Source: a virus
Taxonomy: Duplodnaviria; Caudoviricetes
DNA: 35,783 bases
Virus record (IMG/VR): IMGVR_UViG_3300034102_002954
Coordinates: 1 to 35,783 of that record
Direction: 5' to 3' (one strand)
Shown: positions 16,837-27,016 of the stretch, piece after piece
Numbering within the stretch: position 1 is the first letter of the stretch
Layout of the letters: each line of letters opens with the position of its first letter
Position numbers and translations under genes: made by a program
Notes under the pieces: generated by a model
The model's input: the letters and a program-made list of their open reading frames with translations, nothing else
Told to the model about the DNA's origin: nothing
The model's database searches: none

Positions 16837-17370
16837 TTAATATGATATATTGAATGATAATATTAATCTATGTTTTAGTGATTTATTGGGTGCAACATAA
16901 TGCAATATATTACTTGGAAAAAAAACTATAGATCCTTCTTCAATATTTTTAGGTGTAAACTCAATTACATCATTATTAATGTAACTATTAAAAGGACAAA
17001 CGAACCGTGTTGGTTCATGTTCAATTGAATCATATTCTATATAACAAACTGAACTAAATCCATTTATACCATGATTATGAATGGGATGGTGATGATATTG
17101 CTCATATAATTGAAACCATGCAGTAGTAACTCTAAGTGCATGTTGTTCTAAATTTAAAGACTTACGAGCAGAATAAAGATCATCTAGTAAGATTGCTTGC
17201 ACTTGAGATTGATAATTATTTTTATGATTATAATCAGTATGTTGGTCACCACTACTCATATTACCTTTGTTGTTATAATATAATGCCAACAAAGATTTTT
17301 TCTTTTCCTCCCAATTAGTTACTTTAGATTGCCAATATGGGATAGTAAATGCTTCAAAATAATTTTCCAT
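16837..17370 (-). CDS. Putative 2OG-Fe(II) oxygenase (TIGR02466-like)
   Basis: AWFQ...HPIHNH...SSVCY...EGSIVFFPS.ILHYV.PN....RLILSFN. Confidence 0.85.
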   Translation of the reverse strand: MENYFEAFTIPYWQSKVTNWEEKKKSLLALYYNNKGNMSSGDQHTDYNHKNNYQSQVQAILLDDLYSARKSLNLEQHALRVTTAWFQLYEQYHHHPIHNHGINGFSSVCYIEYDSIEHEPTRFVCPFNSYINNDVIEFTPKNIEEGSIVFFPSNILHYVAPNKSLKHRLILSFNISY

Positions 17371-17372
17371 AT

Positions 17373-17537
17373 TTACTTTCTTAAAGTTTTCAAATATTCT
17401 AACACATGTTCACGAACCTGCATTAGTTCATTATAACACGTTTGATTGTGAGCACATTGTCTCAATTCATGATCTGGTTTGTGTACACTTTCAATGAATA
17501 AATCAAGACCTCTGTTCCATTTTTCAGTATCAGACAT
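17373..17537 (-). CDS. Small hypothetical phage protein (54 aa)
   Basis: Manual translation MSDTEKWNRGLDLFIESVHKPDHELRQCAHNQTCYNELMQVREHVLEYLKTLRK*; it fills the gap between two genes. Confidence 0.75.
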   Translation of the reverse strand: MSDTEKWNRGLDLFIESVHKPDHELRQCAHNQTCYNELMQVREHVLEYLKTLRK

Positions 17538-17560
17538 AAAAATTTTCGGATTAAGTTTAT

Positions 17561-18184
17561 TTAGATATTTTTAGAATATTTAAAATCAACAATCAAAACG
17601 CACCTATAAGTATCCTTCAAAAATGATGGATGGGGAAGAACTGCCTCATGATTAATATCTGGATGGTGAATAATCATAGAATTTTGATCTCCTGGAACAA
17701 TAAACTCAACTCCATCTTCTTCTATAATTGTTCCATAAATTCTAGATGGATTTTGAAGATAGTATATCAATCCTAAATCAAGATTGTTATGTGAATGAAG
17801 ATTTCCATAATATATGTACATTTCATTATGATAATCTTCATCACTTATATTATCTTTCATCCTCTTAGCCCAATACTCAGCTACTTTTAAATTTTTTATA
17901 TTTGGATCATTAGTTACTTTAGAATATTGATTTAAATGTTCTTTAACCATTCTGAAAAAATTAAACCAACACTTTTGATTTTTTATTTTTCTTGTTGATA
18001 AAGTACTAGTTGCTTCAACGATATTATATTCTCCTGAAGAATTATTTTCTAGTTCATCATTTATTTCTTCCAGAAGACCAATTCTATCCTCTTCAGATAA
18101 AACATTATATGCATGATACAATGTTTTACCAAAATAATTCATTGTGGTATATTTTCTAGTATCTGGGGGATATTTTCTTTTCAT
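17561..18184 (-). CDS. Putative 2OG-Fe(II) oxygenase, HxH type (copy 2)
   Basis: LHSH..LDLGLIYYLQNPSRIYGT...HEA...RCVLIVDF. Confidence 0.7.
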   Translation of the reverse strand: MKRKYPPDTRKYTTMNYFGKTLYHAYNVLSEEDRIGLLEEINDELENNSSGEYNIVEATSTLSTRKIKNQKCWFNFFRMVKEHLNQYSKVTNDPNIKNLKVAEYWAKRMKDNISDEDYHNEMYIYYGNLHSHNNLDLGLIYYLQNPSRIYGTIIEEDGVEFIVPGDQNSMIIHHPDINHEAVLPHPSFLKDTYRCVLIVDFKYSKNI

Positions 18185-18681
18185 TTTATTTTTAACCCAC
18201 CTATTAGTACTTTTTTATCTGATGAAAGTGTAGCAGAGTGATAAACATCAGAAGAGAAAATTAAAATTTTACCCCTTTCTGGTTTAACTCTAATTGGTCT
18301 ATCCAAATATAATGTAGTATATCCATCACTACAATCATTTAGATATAAAATAAAAGAATAATCTTCATTATGATCATGCTTGTGAATAAGCATATCTCCA
18401 CCATTTTGATAGTCTATCATATGCATATAGAAATAATCAACTTTATCTGGGATATAGTTTTCACACTCTCCCAAAATAAAGTTGATATTTTTTAAAAATG
18501 AATGGTCAGTAATTAAGTCTAAAAGATTATTAGATGCAAAACAATTGGGAGATAAGCAATGATTAGTTACATCACGATATTTTTTTGAATTTTTTTGAAG
18601 AGCATCTAATAATGTAGAGAAATATTTCAATACTTCATCATTATCAATAAAAAAATTGTTACAAAATTTCTCCATAAACAT
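18181..18681 (-). CDS. 2OG-Fe(II) oxygenase
   Basis: Y..GG....HKH....YSFILYLND...G.T...PERGKILIF.S...H...K pattern. Confidence 0.8.
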   Translation of the reverse strand: MFMEKFCNNFFIDNDEVLKYFSTLLDALQKNSKKYRDVTNHCLSPNCFASNNLLDLITDHSFLKNINFILGECENYIPDKVDYFYMHMIDYQNGGDMLIHKHDHNEDYSFILYLNDCSDGYTTLYLDRPIRVKPERGKILIFSSDVYHSATLSSDKKVLIGGLKIK

Positions 18682-18868
18682 TCTTATATTTTTCTTTAAG
18701 TGCTGTCAATAGTTCATGATATGGAGTTACGTCAGTATCATATTCATCACCCATATTCCACTCATTAATAAATGTGATTGCTGCTGTGGCAGCATCAATC
18801 ATTGTTTCCAAACCCTCTTTATCAACAGTAATCGTAACTAAAGTATCAGGAGTAGCTTTAATCTTCAT
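18659..18868 (-). CDS. Hypothetical protein
   Basis: 69-aa ORF with ATGA coupling. Confidence 0.6.
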   Translation of the reverse strand: MKIKATPDTLVTITVDKEGLETMIDAATAAITFINEWNMGDEYDTDVTPYHELLTALKEKYKNVYGEIL

Positions 18869-19074
18869 TTTTCAATCCTCCAATTTAAATCGTTTTTTTT
18901 ATCAATCCAAAAATAATGTTTTTTATTTAGAGATTCAAGATACATTTTACCATCTTTTTCCCCCTTTACCCTACACGAATGCAGATTATCCATATCAATA
19001 TAAAAATAATTTTTTGCATTGCTTGAAAGAGGAGAAACACAGATAAATTTAACCTTTTCTTTTTTCATAATCAT
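18865..19074 (-). CDS. Hypothetical protein
   Basis: 69-aa ORF with ATGA coupling at both ends. Confidence 0.7.
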   Translation of the reverse strand: MIMKKEKVKFICVSPLSSNAKNYFYIDMDNLHSCRVKGEKDGKMYLESLNKKHYFWIDKKNDLNWRIEK

Positions 19075-19244
19075 TTAATAAAAACAGTTCCAGATTTTGG
19101 TTGAGTTGAATGTTGCTTGATAAATTTGCGAGCAGAACTTTCCGTTCTACACACTTTCAATTGTTGTCCATTGTAAATAACCATTAACTGTTTTCCAAAA
19201 GGAACAGCAGCATACCCATCTTTTGTAATAAATCCTTCAACCAT
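19071..19244 (-). CDS. Small hypothetical phage protein (57 aa)
   Basis: Manual translation MVEGFITKDGYAAVPFGKQLMVIYNGQQLKVCRTESSARKFIKQHSTQPKSGTVFIK*; it fills the gap and has an ATGA overlap. Confidence 0.75.
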   Translation of the reverse strand: MVEGFITKDGYAAVPFGKQLMVIYNGQQLKVCRTESSARKFIKQHSTQPKSGTVFIK

Positions 19245-19246
19245 AA

Positions 19247-19690
19247 TTAACTCCGAGAAAAACTTAAAGTGACCCTAGGTTCACTTGATATTGGATCGTG
19301 ATATACACCCTCAGGAATATATAAACCATCACCAGGTTGTAAAGAGATTACCTGGTCATCGTCAAATCTATAATCCATTTTACCAATAGACTGAACTATT
19401 AAAACATCTACATTATCACAATGTCTACCAAAAGTTTTTCCATTATGATTTTTTGATGTGTATATGTGTAAAACTTTAAGGTTATATTGATCCATCATTT
19501 TTTGATGAATTTTTGAAATATTTGGGTTAAATCTTTGATAATCTAAAAGAATATAAGTTAGATCATCATAACTTTCACCTACAATCCTACATTTTCTCCT
19601 CTGAACCTCATTGTGAATTTGTATGTCAATGTCTTCCCAAGTCAATTCAGTGCATTCTAAAAATCCTTGTTTTATAAATTCGTATCTCAT
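19247..19690 (-). CDS. JmjC/cupin-like Fe(II) oxygenase
   Basis: FGRHCDNVDVLIVQSIG...LQPGDGLYIPEGVYH...RVTLSF (HxD...H), resembling a minimal cupin_4/YcfD-type core. Confidence 0.85.
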   Translation of the reverse strand: MRYEFIKQGFLECTELTWEDIDIQIHNEVQRRKCRIVGESYDDLTYILLDYQRFNPNISKIHQKMMDQYNLKVLHIYTSKNHNGKTFGRHCDNVDVLIVQSIGKMDYRFDDDQVISLQPGDGLYIPEGVYHDPISSEPRVTLSFSRS

Positions 19691-20928
19691 TTCTTGATAA
19701 CGGAGATTGCAGGTTCACCTTCAACAAACACAGTATCAACTACGGATTGCAAACGACGCACGGTAGAAATGCCAGTGTTGCTATAGACGGGAACGTGGAT
19801 CAAACCAAATGATTTTGTATAAGCATCAAGATCACCTGCTTTAATCTGTCCACTTTGAATACCTTTGATGTCATCAAGATGAAGACGGATGACCCGACCA
19901 ATAGATTGGCACATTTCAATCACGTTCATCTGACGCATCATAATAAGAGAAGTAAGACCAGGCACAGAAATACCTTCACTAAGGATGGAATAATGGAGAA
20001 CAATGAACTTTTTGTTGGGATCTTTACCGAAGTCAGAAATCTTATTAAAGAACTCTTCACGACTGATCTTAATATTGTTGATAAATGCACCATACTTAGC
20101 AGTGATCCAAAGAACATCATAACCATAAGACTGAACTTCTGTCATGAAATTAGTCTCAGCAATCATACGGATCAAGACCTTGGTGTTGGGAGCAGCAACA
20201 AGAACCTTGTCCATATGCTCTTCGTTCAAGATAGTGTCTAGGAGGGTCATACAGTCCCTCTCAGCAGTGTTCTGGTCTTTATCACGAGCAGATCCAATGT
20301 TCATGGCATTAATCTTAGGAGGCAAGATAGAACCATTAGCAATCAACTCGGGAGCAGGAACATTGAAGATGATCTTACCATAAACTTCACGATCATTCAT
20401 TCCTGGTTTTTTCGGAGTAGCAGAATACTTCGGAGTTGCAGTAAAGAAATAACAACGATCAGCATACTTAGAAAGAATGCGTGTGCCATCAAAAAATGAC
20501 CTTTTAACAGAATTGTGTGCTTCGTCAAAATAGATAGCGTTGATATGAATACCTGCATCGACAATACGTTGAAGAGAATTATAAGTCGTAAAGATCAGTT
20601 TATTACCCTGAGTATTTTCACACCAATCACCAATTTTATTAGGATTGGTTGTAGCAAAATAATTACAGTCTTTAGCAGAATGAACATGCATCACAGAAGC
20701 ATCAGTAATGTGCTCCATGAACTCAGAGCACAACTGCTGAGCGAGAAGCAGTCTAGGAGCAACCACAACCACAGTCTGGTTACCCAGAGCAAACTGACGA
20801 ATGGTGTCATAGATAGCAATAATGCTTTTACCAGCGCCAGTTGGAGCAACAACGATACCCTTGAGATAACGAAGCATTGCTTCAAGAGCGTCTTTTTGGT
20901 GAGGGCGAAGTTGGAACATGGAACTCAT
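19687..20928 (-). CDS. Superfamily 2 DEAH-box helicase/ATPase (ResIII-like)
   Basis: LRPHQ (Q motif), PTGAGKS, DEAH, TATP, LSEGI.VP and QSIGRVIR. Confidence 0.92.
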   Translation of the reverse strand: MSSMFQLRPHQKDALEAMLRYLKGIVVAPTGAGKSIIAIYDTIRQFALGNQTVVVVAPRLLLAQQLCSEFMEHITDASVMHVHSAKDCNYFATTNPNKIGDWCENTQGNKLIFTTYNSLQRIVDAGIHINAIYFDEAHNSVKRSFFDGTRILSKYADRCYFFTATPKYSATPKKPGMNDREVYGKIIFNVPAPELIANGSILPPKINAMNIGSARDKDQNTAERDCMTLLDTILNEEHMDKVLVAAPNTKVLIRMIAETNFMTEVQSYGYDVLWITAKYGAFINNIKISREEFFNKISDFGKDPNKKFIVLHYSILSEGISVPGLTSLIMMRQMNVIEMCQSIGRVIRLHLDDIKGIQSGQIKAGDLDAYTKSFGLIHVPVYSNTGISTVRRLQSVVDTVFVEGEPAISVIKK

Positions 20929-20941
20929 TGCCGATAGAATT

Positions 20942-20998
20942 ATTATACAGCAAAAAGAAGGGGTCCTAGGGACCCCTTGTGACAGTTTATCAATTGGT
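20942..20998 (-). promoter_or_regulatory. Probable early promoter: TATAAT -10 with an upstream AACTGTCAC box
   Basis: TATAAT at 20947-20942; CTGTCAC at 20985-20979 resembles the box upstream of rnlA. Confidence 0.5.
20951..20978 (-). terminator. Rho-independent terminator after the tail-fibre gene
   Basis: 9-bp perfect stem AAGGGGTCC-CTA-GGACCCCTT followed by CTTTTTG. Confidence 0.8.
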
Positions 20999-21001
20999 CA
21001 A

Positions 21002-24000
21002 TTATCCATCAAGTCTTCTTAAAAGTTCCTCAATTTGCTTACCTTGTGTCTCAATTTGCTTTTGTTGCTCTTTGATTGCCTCGATAAGAACTGCTACCAT
21101 GTTACCATAGGCAACAGATTTTTTCTCACCATCCAAAACGACATCTGGTAGAACCTTCTCAACTTCCTGAGCAATGACACCGATCTGGTGCTTTTCAATA
21201 TCTGTACGATCATATTCAACTCCACGAAGTTGAAGAACTTTTTCAAGTGCATTGTCAATGGTCTTGATGTTGGTTTTTATTCTCTCATCCGAATTAGCAG
21301 TTATTTCACCAGCAGCGACGATATTAACTCCAACATTCAAATTATTGGTAACATTTACATCACCAACACTATCAAGTCTCAATCTTTCTTGTGGATTGCT
21401 TGCACCAGATCCCTGAGTACCAAAAGTTATAGCAAATTGACCTGAGGTTCCTTCAGATTCTCCTCTAATATATCCTCTAGTTCCATTATTACCAGCATCA
21501 TTACCATCCCAAAGAATTCCACCATAGAAATAAGAAGCATTTATAGCAGTATCTGTCTGTACAAATTTCAAGTAATTTCCACTAACATCTCCAGTAGTTG
21601 CTGGATTTGTAGTTACAATGACATCGTTCTGGAAAGTAGCAACACCTACAGTTCTAAATGTATTAACATTTAATTGTTGATTAAATGTAGTAATACCAGT
21701 ATTAACTATGAAACCATTAGTAATATTCCAGAGAAGTGATTGAGATCTAAACTCAACATTATTTTCAAACAGAACAGGACCAGCAGCATAGAGAGAATAT
21801 CCTGGTTTTGCAGATGTAGTTTCTATACCAACGTTATTTGTAGTTGAAATACCAACACCATCAAAAACCCAAATATCAGATACGCTGCTAAGTGCAGATC
21901 CATCACCAATAAATGAACCACTAAAAATACCTACAAAATGCCCATTTTCATTCTTAATGGGTGCAAACTCTTTCCAATCATTTTCTACAGTATAAACCCA
22001 TCCAACAGTACTACCTGGATGTGGATCAGAGTAAAATACAAGATCACCTGGGTTTCCAGCAAGAGTTGGTTGAGATACTCCAACAGTAAACTTCCTGGAA
22101 ATAGTAGCATCACCTTGCAAATACAAGGAATTTGCTTCAATACCCTCATCAGAGTTTGATGATAATTTATTATTGAATATAACTGGACCATTGAACTCAG
22201 AAATTATAGTTCCAGCGTTTCCACCTTCAACTTTTAAAGATCTTTCGATCGTTAACTCTGATGTAGATTGAACGTCAAATCCAATAGAAGTTGTATCGGA
22301 AGTTAAATCTTCACCTCTTACAGAAGGAATTGGGGTATTTACAAGAAGTTCTTGACCAGTAGAAGAATTAGTGACTGCGTTAACAGTATAATTATTACCA
22401 CGATCATCCATTCCAGTGTAAATTGGAGCACCACCATCATCACTTACTGCTTGAGATAATATCCTTTCAGTGTCAGTGAATTTTCTATCCTGTCTTTCTG
22501 GTAAAGCAGTAGAATAATTACCAGGACCAAACCCAAGATATTCAAAAGTATGCCCAGAAGCACGAAGAATTGAATTTCTTCTAAATTCAATCGGTAAGAA
22601 TTTAACTCTTCTTATAACAGAATTTATTAAGTGACTTTCCTTAGAACTACCAAATAGTCCACGGAAAACATTAATTTGAGTTGAAGATGTAACTGTAGAA
22701 GACACCCTCATTATCTCATTATTAATTATTAAGTAATCACCAACTTGTAGATTAAGTCTCAAGGCATTACCAACAGTAAGAACATTTGTGCTTGGATTAG
22801 TTAATGCTACAGATAAAGTAGTTGTAATTCCAGCATAATATGGGGTTATTCTTCCTGATGTTCTTTCATTATTATCAGATAAGAAACCACCCTGAGCACC
22901 AAATCCTGGTTTAAATAAGTATGCTCCAGAAGTTGATGTTGTTCCCAATGAGATAGTAGATACACCGACAAAAACATCTAAAGAAGTTACACTATGGATT
23001 TTCTTTACAATAAAGTCTCCATTATAAAATCCTTCATTAAATCCACTAATTTTTACCTTATTATCAACATAATACCCGTGAGGTTCAACAAAACTAACAC
23101 TAGCAATACCAGTTGTTCTAGTATATGTTATTGAAGAAATACCTAATGTTCTTCCAGAAACATATGAAGCAGTGTAAATTAAAGCATCACTATTAACACT
23201 AACTAATCCATTGGTATTAACACCAGTTATTGGTAATGATCCAATAAATTCATAATCCGCAGTAATTGTTGATGAAGAAGATACTTGAATTTGTTTTTCT
23301 TGTCCTACATTAATACTGGTAATTCTGTATAGATTATTATATGTTTTAAAAGTATCTCCTTGAACTCCTTCTACAGCGATACAATCACCAATATTATTGT
23401 AAATTTCAGTTACCGAAACTACACCAACAATATGTCCAGTAGTTGTAGCAATACCAACAACAGCTAATGTATTACCAATTCCATAAGCACTACCACCATC
23501 GATAATATTGACAGCAGTAATTCTACCAGTGGAATTAATTTTAACGTTTGCTGTAGCATATTTTCCAGTTGTAGAACCAGCAAATCCTACCAAACGAGCA
23601 TTATATAAAGTTTGATCTGTACCAGATCCATTACCATAATTTACACCAGCACTAACTATACCAACTCTAGTAATTCGATTTAATCCATGATCTAATCTTG
23701 TATATAATGTATGAGCAACTCCAGATGAAGATCGAATATCAGTTAATCCAAATCCCACAGCAAAATCATGTAACTTATTAACTAAAGTTTCTTTAGTAAT
23801 GCTATATTCTGGGTTATTAATTTCTACTAATCCAACTGGATTTGGTAGAGCAAAAGACGTTGCTTTTGGTGGATCAGAATCGGAGTTATCTCTATCTAAT
23901 TGTGGATAAAGATTTTTAATTGGTTGAGAGAACTTTAATCCATCAAAAGGTACAACATTAGGAGAATTAGAAACACTCAATAATGTTAAATGATAAATTC

Positions 24001-26887
24001 CATCTTTATCATTTGGAACATATTCTTGTATTTCTCTAGTCTTGTATACAACAAAAGTATTATTAAATTTAGCTCTACGATAATAAGGTAGATTTTCATC
24101 TCTTACTGAAGTATTACTGATAAAAGTTCCTGGATTAGTTGTCAATCCTACAGTAAAAGTTCTTCTCGTTGGTTTAGAAGTTATTTCATAGTATCCATTA
24201 AATCCACTATTACCCACTCCAGTAGTATTTGTTGTGGTTTTAATATTTTTAATTTCAACTAATGAACCAACTGACAATTCGTGAGGAACTTCTGTCGTAT
24301 AAGTGGCAATTCCTACTAAATTATCCCAAATAGCATTGGATATTAATCTATAGTTTCTTAACTCGGAGCTATTAGATAATGTTACAGAATCTACACTATT
24401 ATACTTTAAAATTTCTGCGGATGTACCACCAATAGTATCATTAGATTCTTGTATTACAAATCCTTCTTGAGGAGGTCTTGCAACTACTACAGCATCTCTT
24501 GGAATAACATATCTTGCTCTATAAATTTTATCAGTTAATACTCTAGTATCTGGTTTTCTCTTAATAAATGATCTGGATGTTGCACTTCCTAACGTTGTAG
24601 TTCCCAATCCAACAACTGCTGGTGTTAAATTGTTAAAAGTGGATATTCCACTTACAGTCAAATACCATTGCCCAACACTATTATCAAATTGAATTGGATG
24701 TCCAATATCACCAGATACTTTATCAGATACTCTACTTTCTACTAATAATATTCCACCTTTGTTGTTAATTGAAATGGCATCAGAAGTTACAGTATCATTA
24801 AAGGTTTGTGCCAGTTGAATTTGATCTGTATTAACACCATTAGTAATGGCATAATAAATTTGATTGTGATTTAATCCATCAGGTAATTCACCAGTACTAC
24901 TAAAAATTCTAATTGTTTCACCATTTATGAATTTATGTGGTGTTGTGAATGTTAGTGTATCTGCAGCAATGCTGTTAATACCAGCATTTGTTCTACCAAC
25001 ATGAACTACCTTTCTATGTGTGGATTCATAAATACCCGTATTTTGGGTATTAGGCATCACTATTCTAGCAGATAATGATTGAGTAGTTCCATTACCATTA
25101 TTAATTAAAACATGAAGACTATCATCTTTTTTCGCACCTATTCTATATCCCTCTACAATATGATTTGGTGGATCATTTGGATTGGTTCTATTGTAAAGAT
25201 ATAATCTACTAGTAGAAGCAATTCCAACTGTTCTTCCAACATCGATAGCATCAAATTCAATAGTTACATCACTATTCTCAATTTGTTTAGGTGGAATAAT
25301 ATGAGTTATAAATCCAGTATCATCTCTTGGGAAAGATTCTCTCTTAAATCCTCTAGCCACTAATGCCTTTGCACCAAAGTTAGAGTTTGAGTTGGTGATT
25401 GAATGATCACCACCACTTTCTACTAAGAAATGGTTAGCATATCCAATAGCAAAAATTGATACTAATTGTAAGAACGCATCATTAGATGCTTTAATATGAA
25501 AACTTTCGTAGGATGGTTTATATAAAGAAGAAGAATTAGTGTGAATATTAGTTACAGAAGTACTGTCTTCATAAACACCAGTACTCCGATTATATTTTAC
25601 AAACGCATTGTCATCTTTTTGGAGACCGATTCCAGTAAATTGTGCCACAACCATGGATTTAAATCCATCAGCTTTACTTCCATCGGCATGTAATCCACAC
25701 ATACCAAATACTGATCTTAAAGAACAGTTAAAGATATAAGGTGATGAAGAAGTAACAGTATCTACTACAATGTTAAGTGTTGGAGATCCACTAACAATAG
25801 TTGGTAAAGGATTTACAGGAGCAGTAGAGGTCTTATATGTAATTCTGGTTGGAGATTCTACAGTAGCAATGATATATTGACCATTATATCCAGAAACTGG
25901 AACACCTTCAATTCTAATAGGTGTATCTACGTCTATACCTGGAATTATATCTTCAATATCTACAGTAATAGTTGTTGATGCAGTAACACCATTACCAGAT
26001 TTAATACTCGTAATTCCTACATCTTGTCCCTTAGATCCAACAATTCTAAATTCATCTACTTTTGGTTGTATATCAATAAGGGGACTTGGATAATCATTCG
26101 ATATTTCTCTACCACTCGATGGACCATATGCTAGTCCTATTTTTTGATAATAGAGATCTAAATCTGTTCTATCAGTGGAATATGTTAAGAAAGTATCATT
26201 AAATTTTACTGGATTTGCACCATCAGCATACTCAAAAGCAGTGACTTTATGGTGAGAAAAATTTGGAACAAATTTTGTAGTATTATATGAATTATAAACA
26301 GTGCTTGCTGGATCAGCATCAAAAAAAGTAAATTGATAGAAATAACAAGATCCAGTTACTCTAAAAATTGATGTTGCTGTAATATTATCATTTGTTGGAT
26401 CTGGAACAAATCTAGGTCTTATTTTTGTTTTTCTAAGATCTAATCCAACTACAGAAGTTCCACGAGGAATAATTACACCACCATAAACACTGTTAAATTT
26501 ATATAAATCGTTGTTATCATCAAATACATCAAAATTTGAATCTAAATTAAATGCACTGAAATCATTTGATAAAGCACCACTTCTCTGTCTCCAATTACTT
26601 CCACTAACAGGTGCTTCGTGTATTGGTATCCATCCAGGTCTATTATCAATAATATGATCACCAGGATAAACTATAATAGATGTTCTACCAAATCTATCAT
26701 TATCAAATCCTCTTTGATAAGAAAATCTTGCTGCTTCTATTAGTGCCCTCTGAATTGTTTTAAAAGGGCGGGCAAGAGAATTGCCTTGATTTTCGATACT
26801 ATCAGTAGCATCTATACTCGATGGATCGACATAAAGGGTATTTCCTCTACTATTTTTCAGGAAATTATCTAAGCGGCTAAGACCCAT
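21002..26887 (-). CDS. Large tail fibre/virion structural protein with a C-terminal S74 intramolecular chaperone domain
   Basis: 1961 aa, Gly/Ser/Thr-rich; N-terminal LYVD...GNSLARPFKTIQRAL; C-terminal SDERIKTNI...LRGVEYD...IGVIAQEVEKVLP...VAYGNMVAVLIEAIKE plus coiled coil. Confidence 0.9.
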   Translation of the reverse strand: MGLSRLDNFLKNSRGNTLYVDPSSIDATDSIENQGNSLARPFKTIQRALIEAARFSYQRGFDNDRFGRTSIIVYPGDHIIDNRPGWIPIHEAPVSGSNWRQRSGALSNDFSAFNLDSNFDVFDDNNDLYKFNSVYGGVIIPRGTSVVGLDLRKTKIRPRFVPDPTNDNITATSIFRVTGSCYFYQFTFFDADPASTVYNSYNTTKFVPNFSHHKVTAFEYADGANPVKFNDTFLTYSTDRTDLDLYYQKIGLAYGPSSGREISNDYPSPLIDIQPKVDEFRIVGSKGQDVGITSIKSGNGVTASTTITVDIEDIIPGIDVDTPIRIEGVPVSGYNGQYIIATVESPTRITYKTSTAPVNPLPTIVSGSPTLNIVVDTVTSSSPYIFNCSLRSVFGMCGLHADGSKADGFKSMVVAQFTGIGLQKDDNAFVKYNRSTGVYEDSTSVTNIHTNSSSLYKPSYESFHIKASNDAFLQLVSIFAIGYANHFLVESGGDHSITNSNSNFGAKALVARGFKRESFPRDDTGFITHIIPPKQIENSDVTIEFDAIDVGRTVGIASTSRLYLYNRTNPNDPPNHIVEGYRIGAKKDDSLHVLINNGNGTTQSLSARIVMPNTQNTGIYESTHRKVVHVGRTNAGINSIAADTLTFTTPHKFINGETIRIFSSTGELPDGLNHNQIYYAITNGVNTDQIQLAQTFNDTVTSDAISINNKGGILLVESRVSDKVSGDIGHPIQFDNSVGQWYLTVSGISTFNNLTPAVVGLGTTTLGSATSRSFIKRKPDTRVLTDKIYRARYVIPRDAVVVARPPQEGFVIQESNDTIGGTSAEILKYNSVDSVTLSNSSELRNYRLISNAIWDNLVGIATYTTEVPHELSVGSLVEIKNIKTTTNTTGVGNSGFNGYYEITSKPTRRTFTVGLTTNPGTFISNTSVRDENLPYYRRAKFNNTFVVYKTREIQEYVPNDKDGIYHLTLLSVSNSPNVVPFDGLKFSQPIKNLYPQLDRDNSDSDPPKATSFALPNPVGLVEINNPEYSITKETLVNKLHDFAVGFGLTDIRSSSGVAHTLYTRLDHGLNRITRVGIVSAGVNYGNGSGTDQTLYNARLVGFAGSTTGKYATANVKINSTGRITAVNIIDGGSAYGIGNTLAVVGIATTTGHIVGVVSVTEIYNNIGDCIAVEGVQGDTFKTYNNLYRITSINVGQEKQIQVSSSSTITADYEFIGSLPITGVNTNGLVSVNSDALIYTASYVSGRTLGISSITYTRTTGIASVSFVEPHGYYVDNKVKISGFNEGFYNGDFIVKKIHSVTSLDVFVGVSTISLGTTSTSGAYLFKPGFGAQGGFLSDNNERTSGRITPYYAGITTTLSVALTNPSTNVLTVGNALRLNLQVGDYLIINNEIMRVSSTVTSSTQINVFRGLFGSSKESHLINSVIRRVKFLPIEFRRNSILRASGHTFEYLGFGPGNYSTALPERQDRKFTDTERILSQAVSDDGGAPIYTGMDDRGNNYTVNAVTNSSTGQELLVNTPIPSVRGEDLTSDTTSIGFDVQSTSELTIERSLKVEGGNAGTIISEFNGPVIFNNKLSSNSDEGIEANSLYLQGDATISRKFTVGVSQPTLAGNPGDLVFYSDPHPGSTVGWVYTVENDWKEFAPIKNENGHFVGIFSGSFIGDGSALSSVSDIWVFDGVGISTTNNVGIETTSAKPGYSLYAAGPVLFENNVEFRSQSLLWNITNGFIVNTGITTFNQQLNVNTFRTVGVATFQNDVIVTTNPATTGDVSGNYLKFVQTDTAINASYFYGGILWDGNDAGNNGTRGYIRGESEGTSGQFAITFGTQGSGASNPQERLRLDSVGDVNVTNNLNVGVNIVAAGEITANSDERIKTNIKTIDNALEKVLQLRGVEYDRTDIEKHQIGVIAQEVEKVLPDVVLDGEKKSVAYGNMVAVLIEAIKEQQKQIETQGKQIEELLRRLDG

Positions 26888-26916
26888 TTTATTACTCTTA
26901 GGTTTCTACTATGTTT

Positions 26917-26924
26917 TATTTATT
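26917..26924 (-). promoter_or_regulatory. Late promoter AATAAATA
   Basis: NATAAATA about 30 nt upstream of the tail-fibre ATG and just downstream of a terminator. Confidence 0.65.
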
Positions 26925-26947
26925 AGGATAAAAAACCATGATTTAAA

Positions 26948-26976
26948 TACAACAAAACCCTCTAGAAGAGGGTTCT
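26948..26976 (-). terminator. Terminator-like hairpin
   Basis: AGAACCCTCT-TCT-AGAGGGTTTT followed by GTTGTATTT. Confidence 0.7.
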
Positions 26977-27014
26977 GAAGTCACACTTTTTGGGTCACTG
27001 CGAATTAGTATCGC
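26950..27014 (-). ncRNA. Candidate ~65-nt small RNA (unassigned family)
   Basis: Bounded by a strong promoter (27048-27021) and the terminator hairpin (26976-26954); 5' hairpin GCGA/TCGC; no ORF longer than 5 codons. Confidence 0.5.
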
Positions 27015-27016
27015 AA

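Noticed and set aside
19687-20928. Helicase as part of a restriction-modification or defence system
   Set aside because: It has only the SF2 core; no nuclease, DNA methyltransferase or specificity gene is adjacent. The overlapping short ORFs in other frames are shadows.
21002-26887. Intron, intein or frameshift in the 1961-aa fibre gene
   Set aside because: The frame is uninterrupted and I saw no intein termini or homing-endonuclease motifs.
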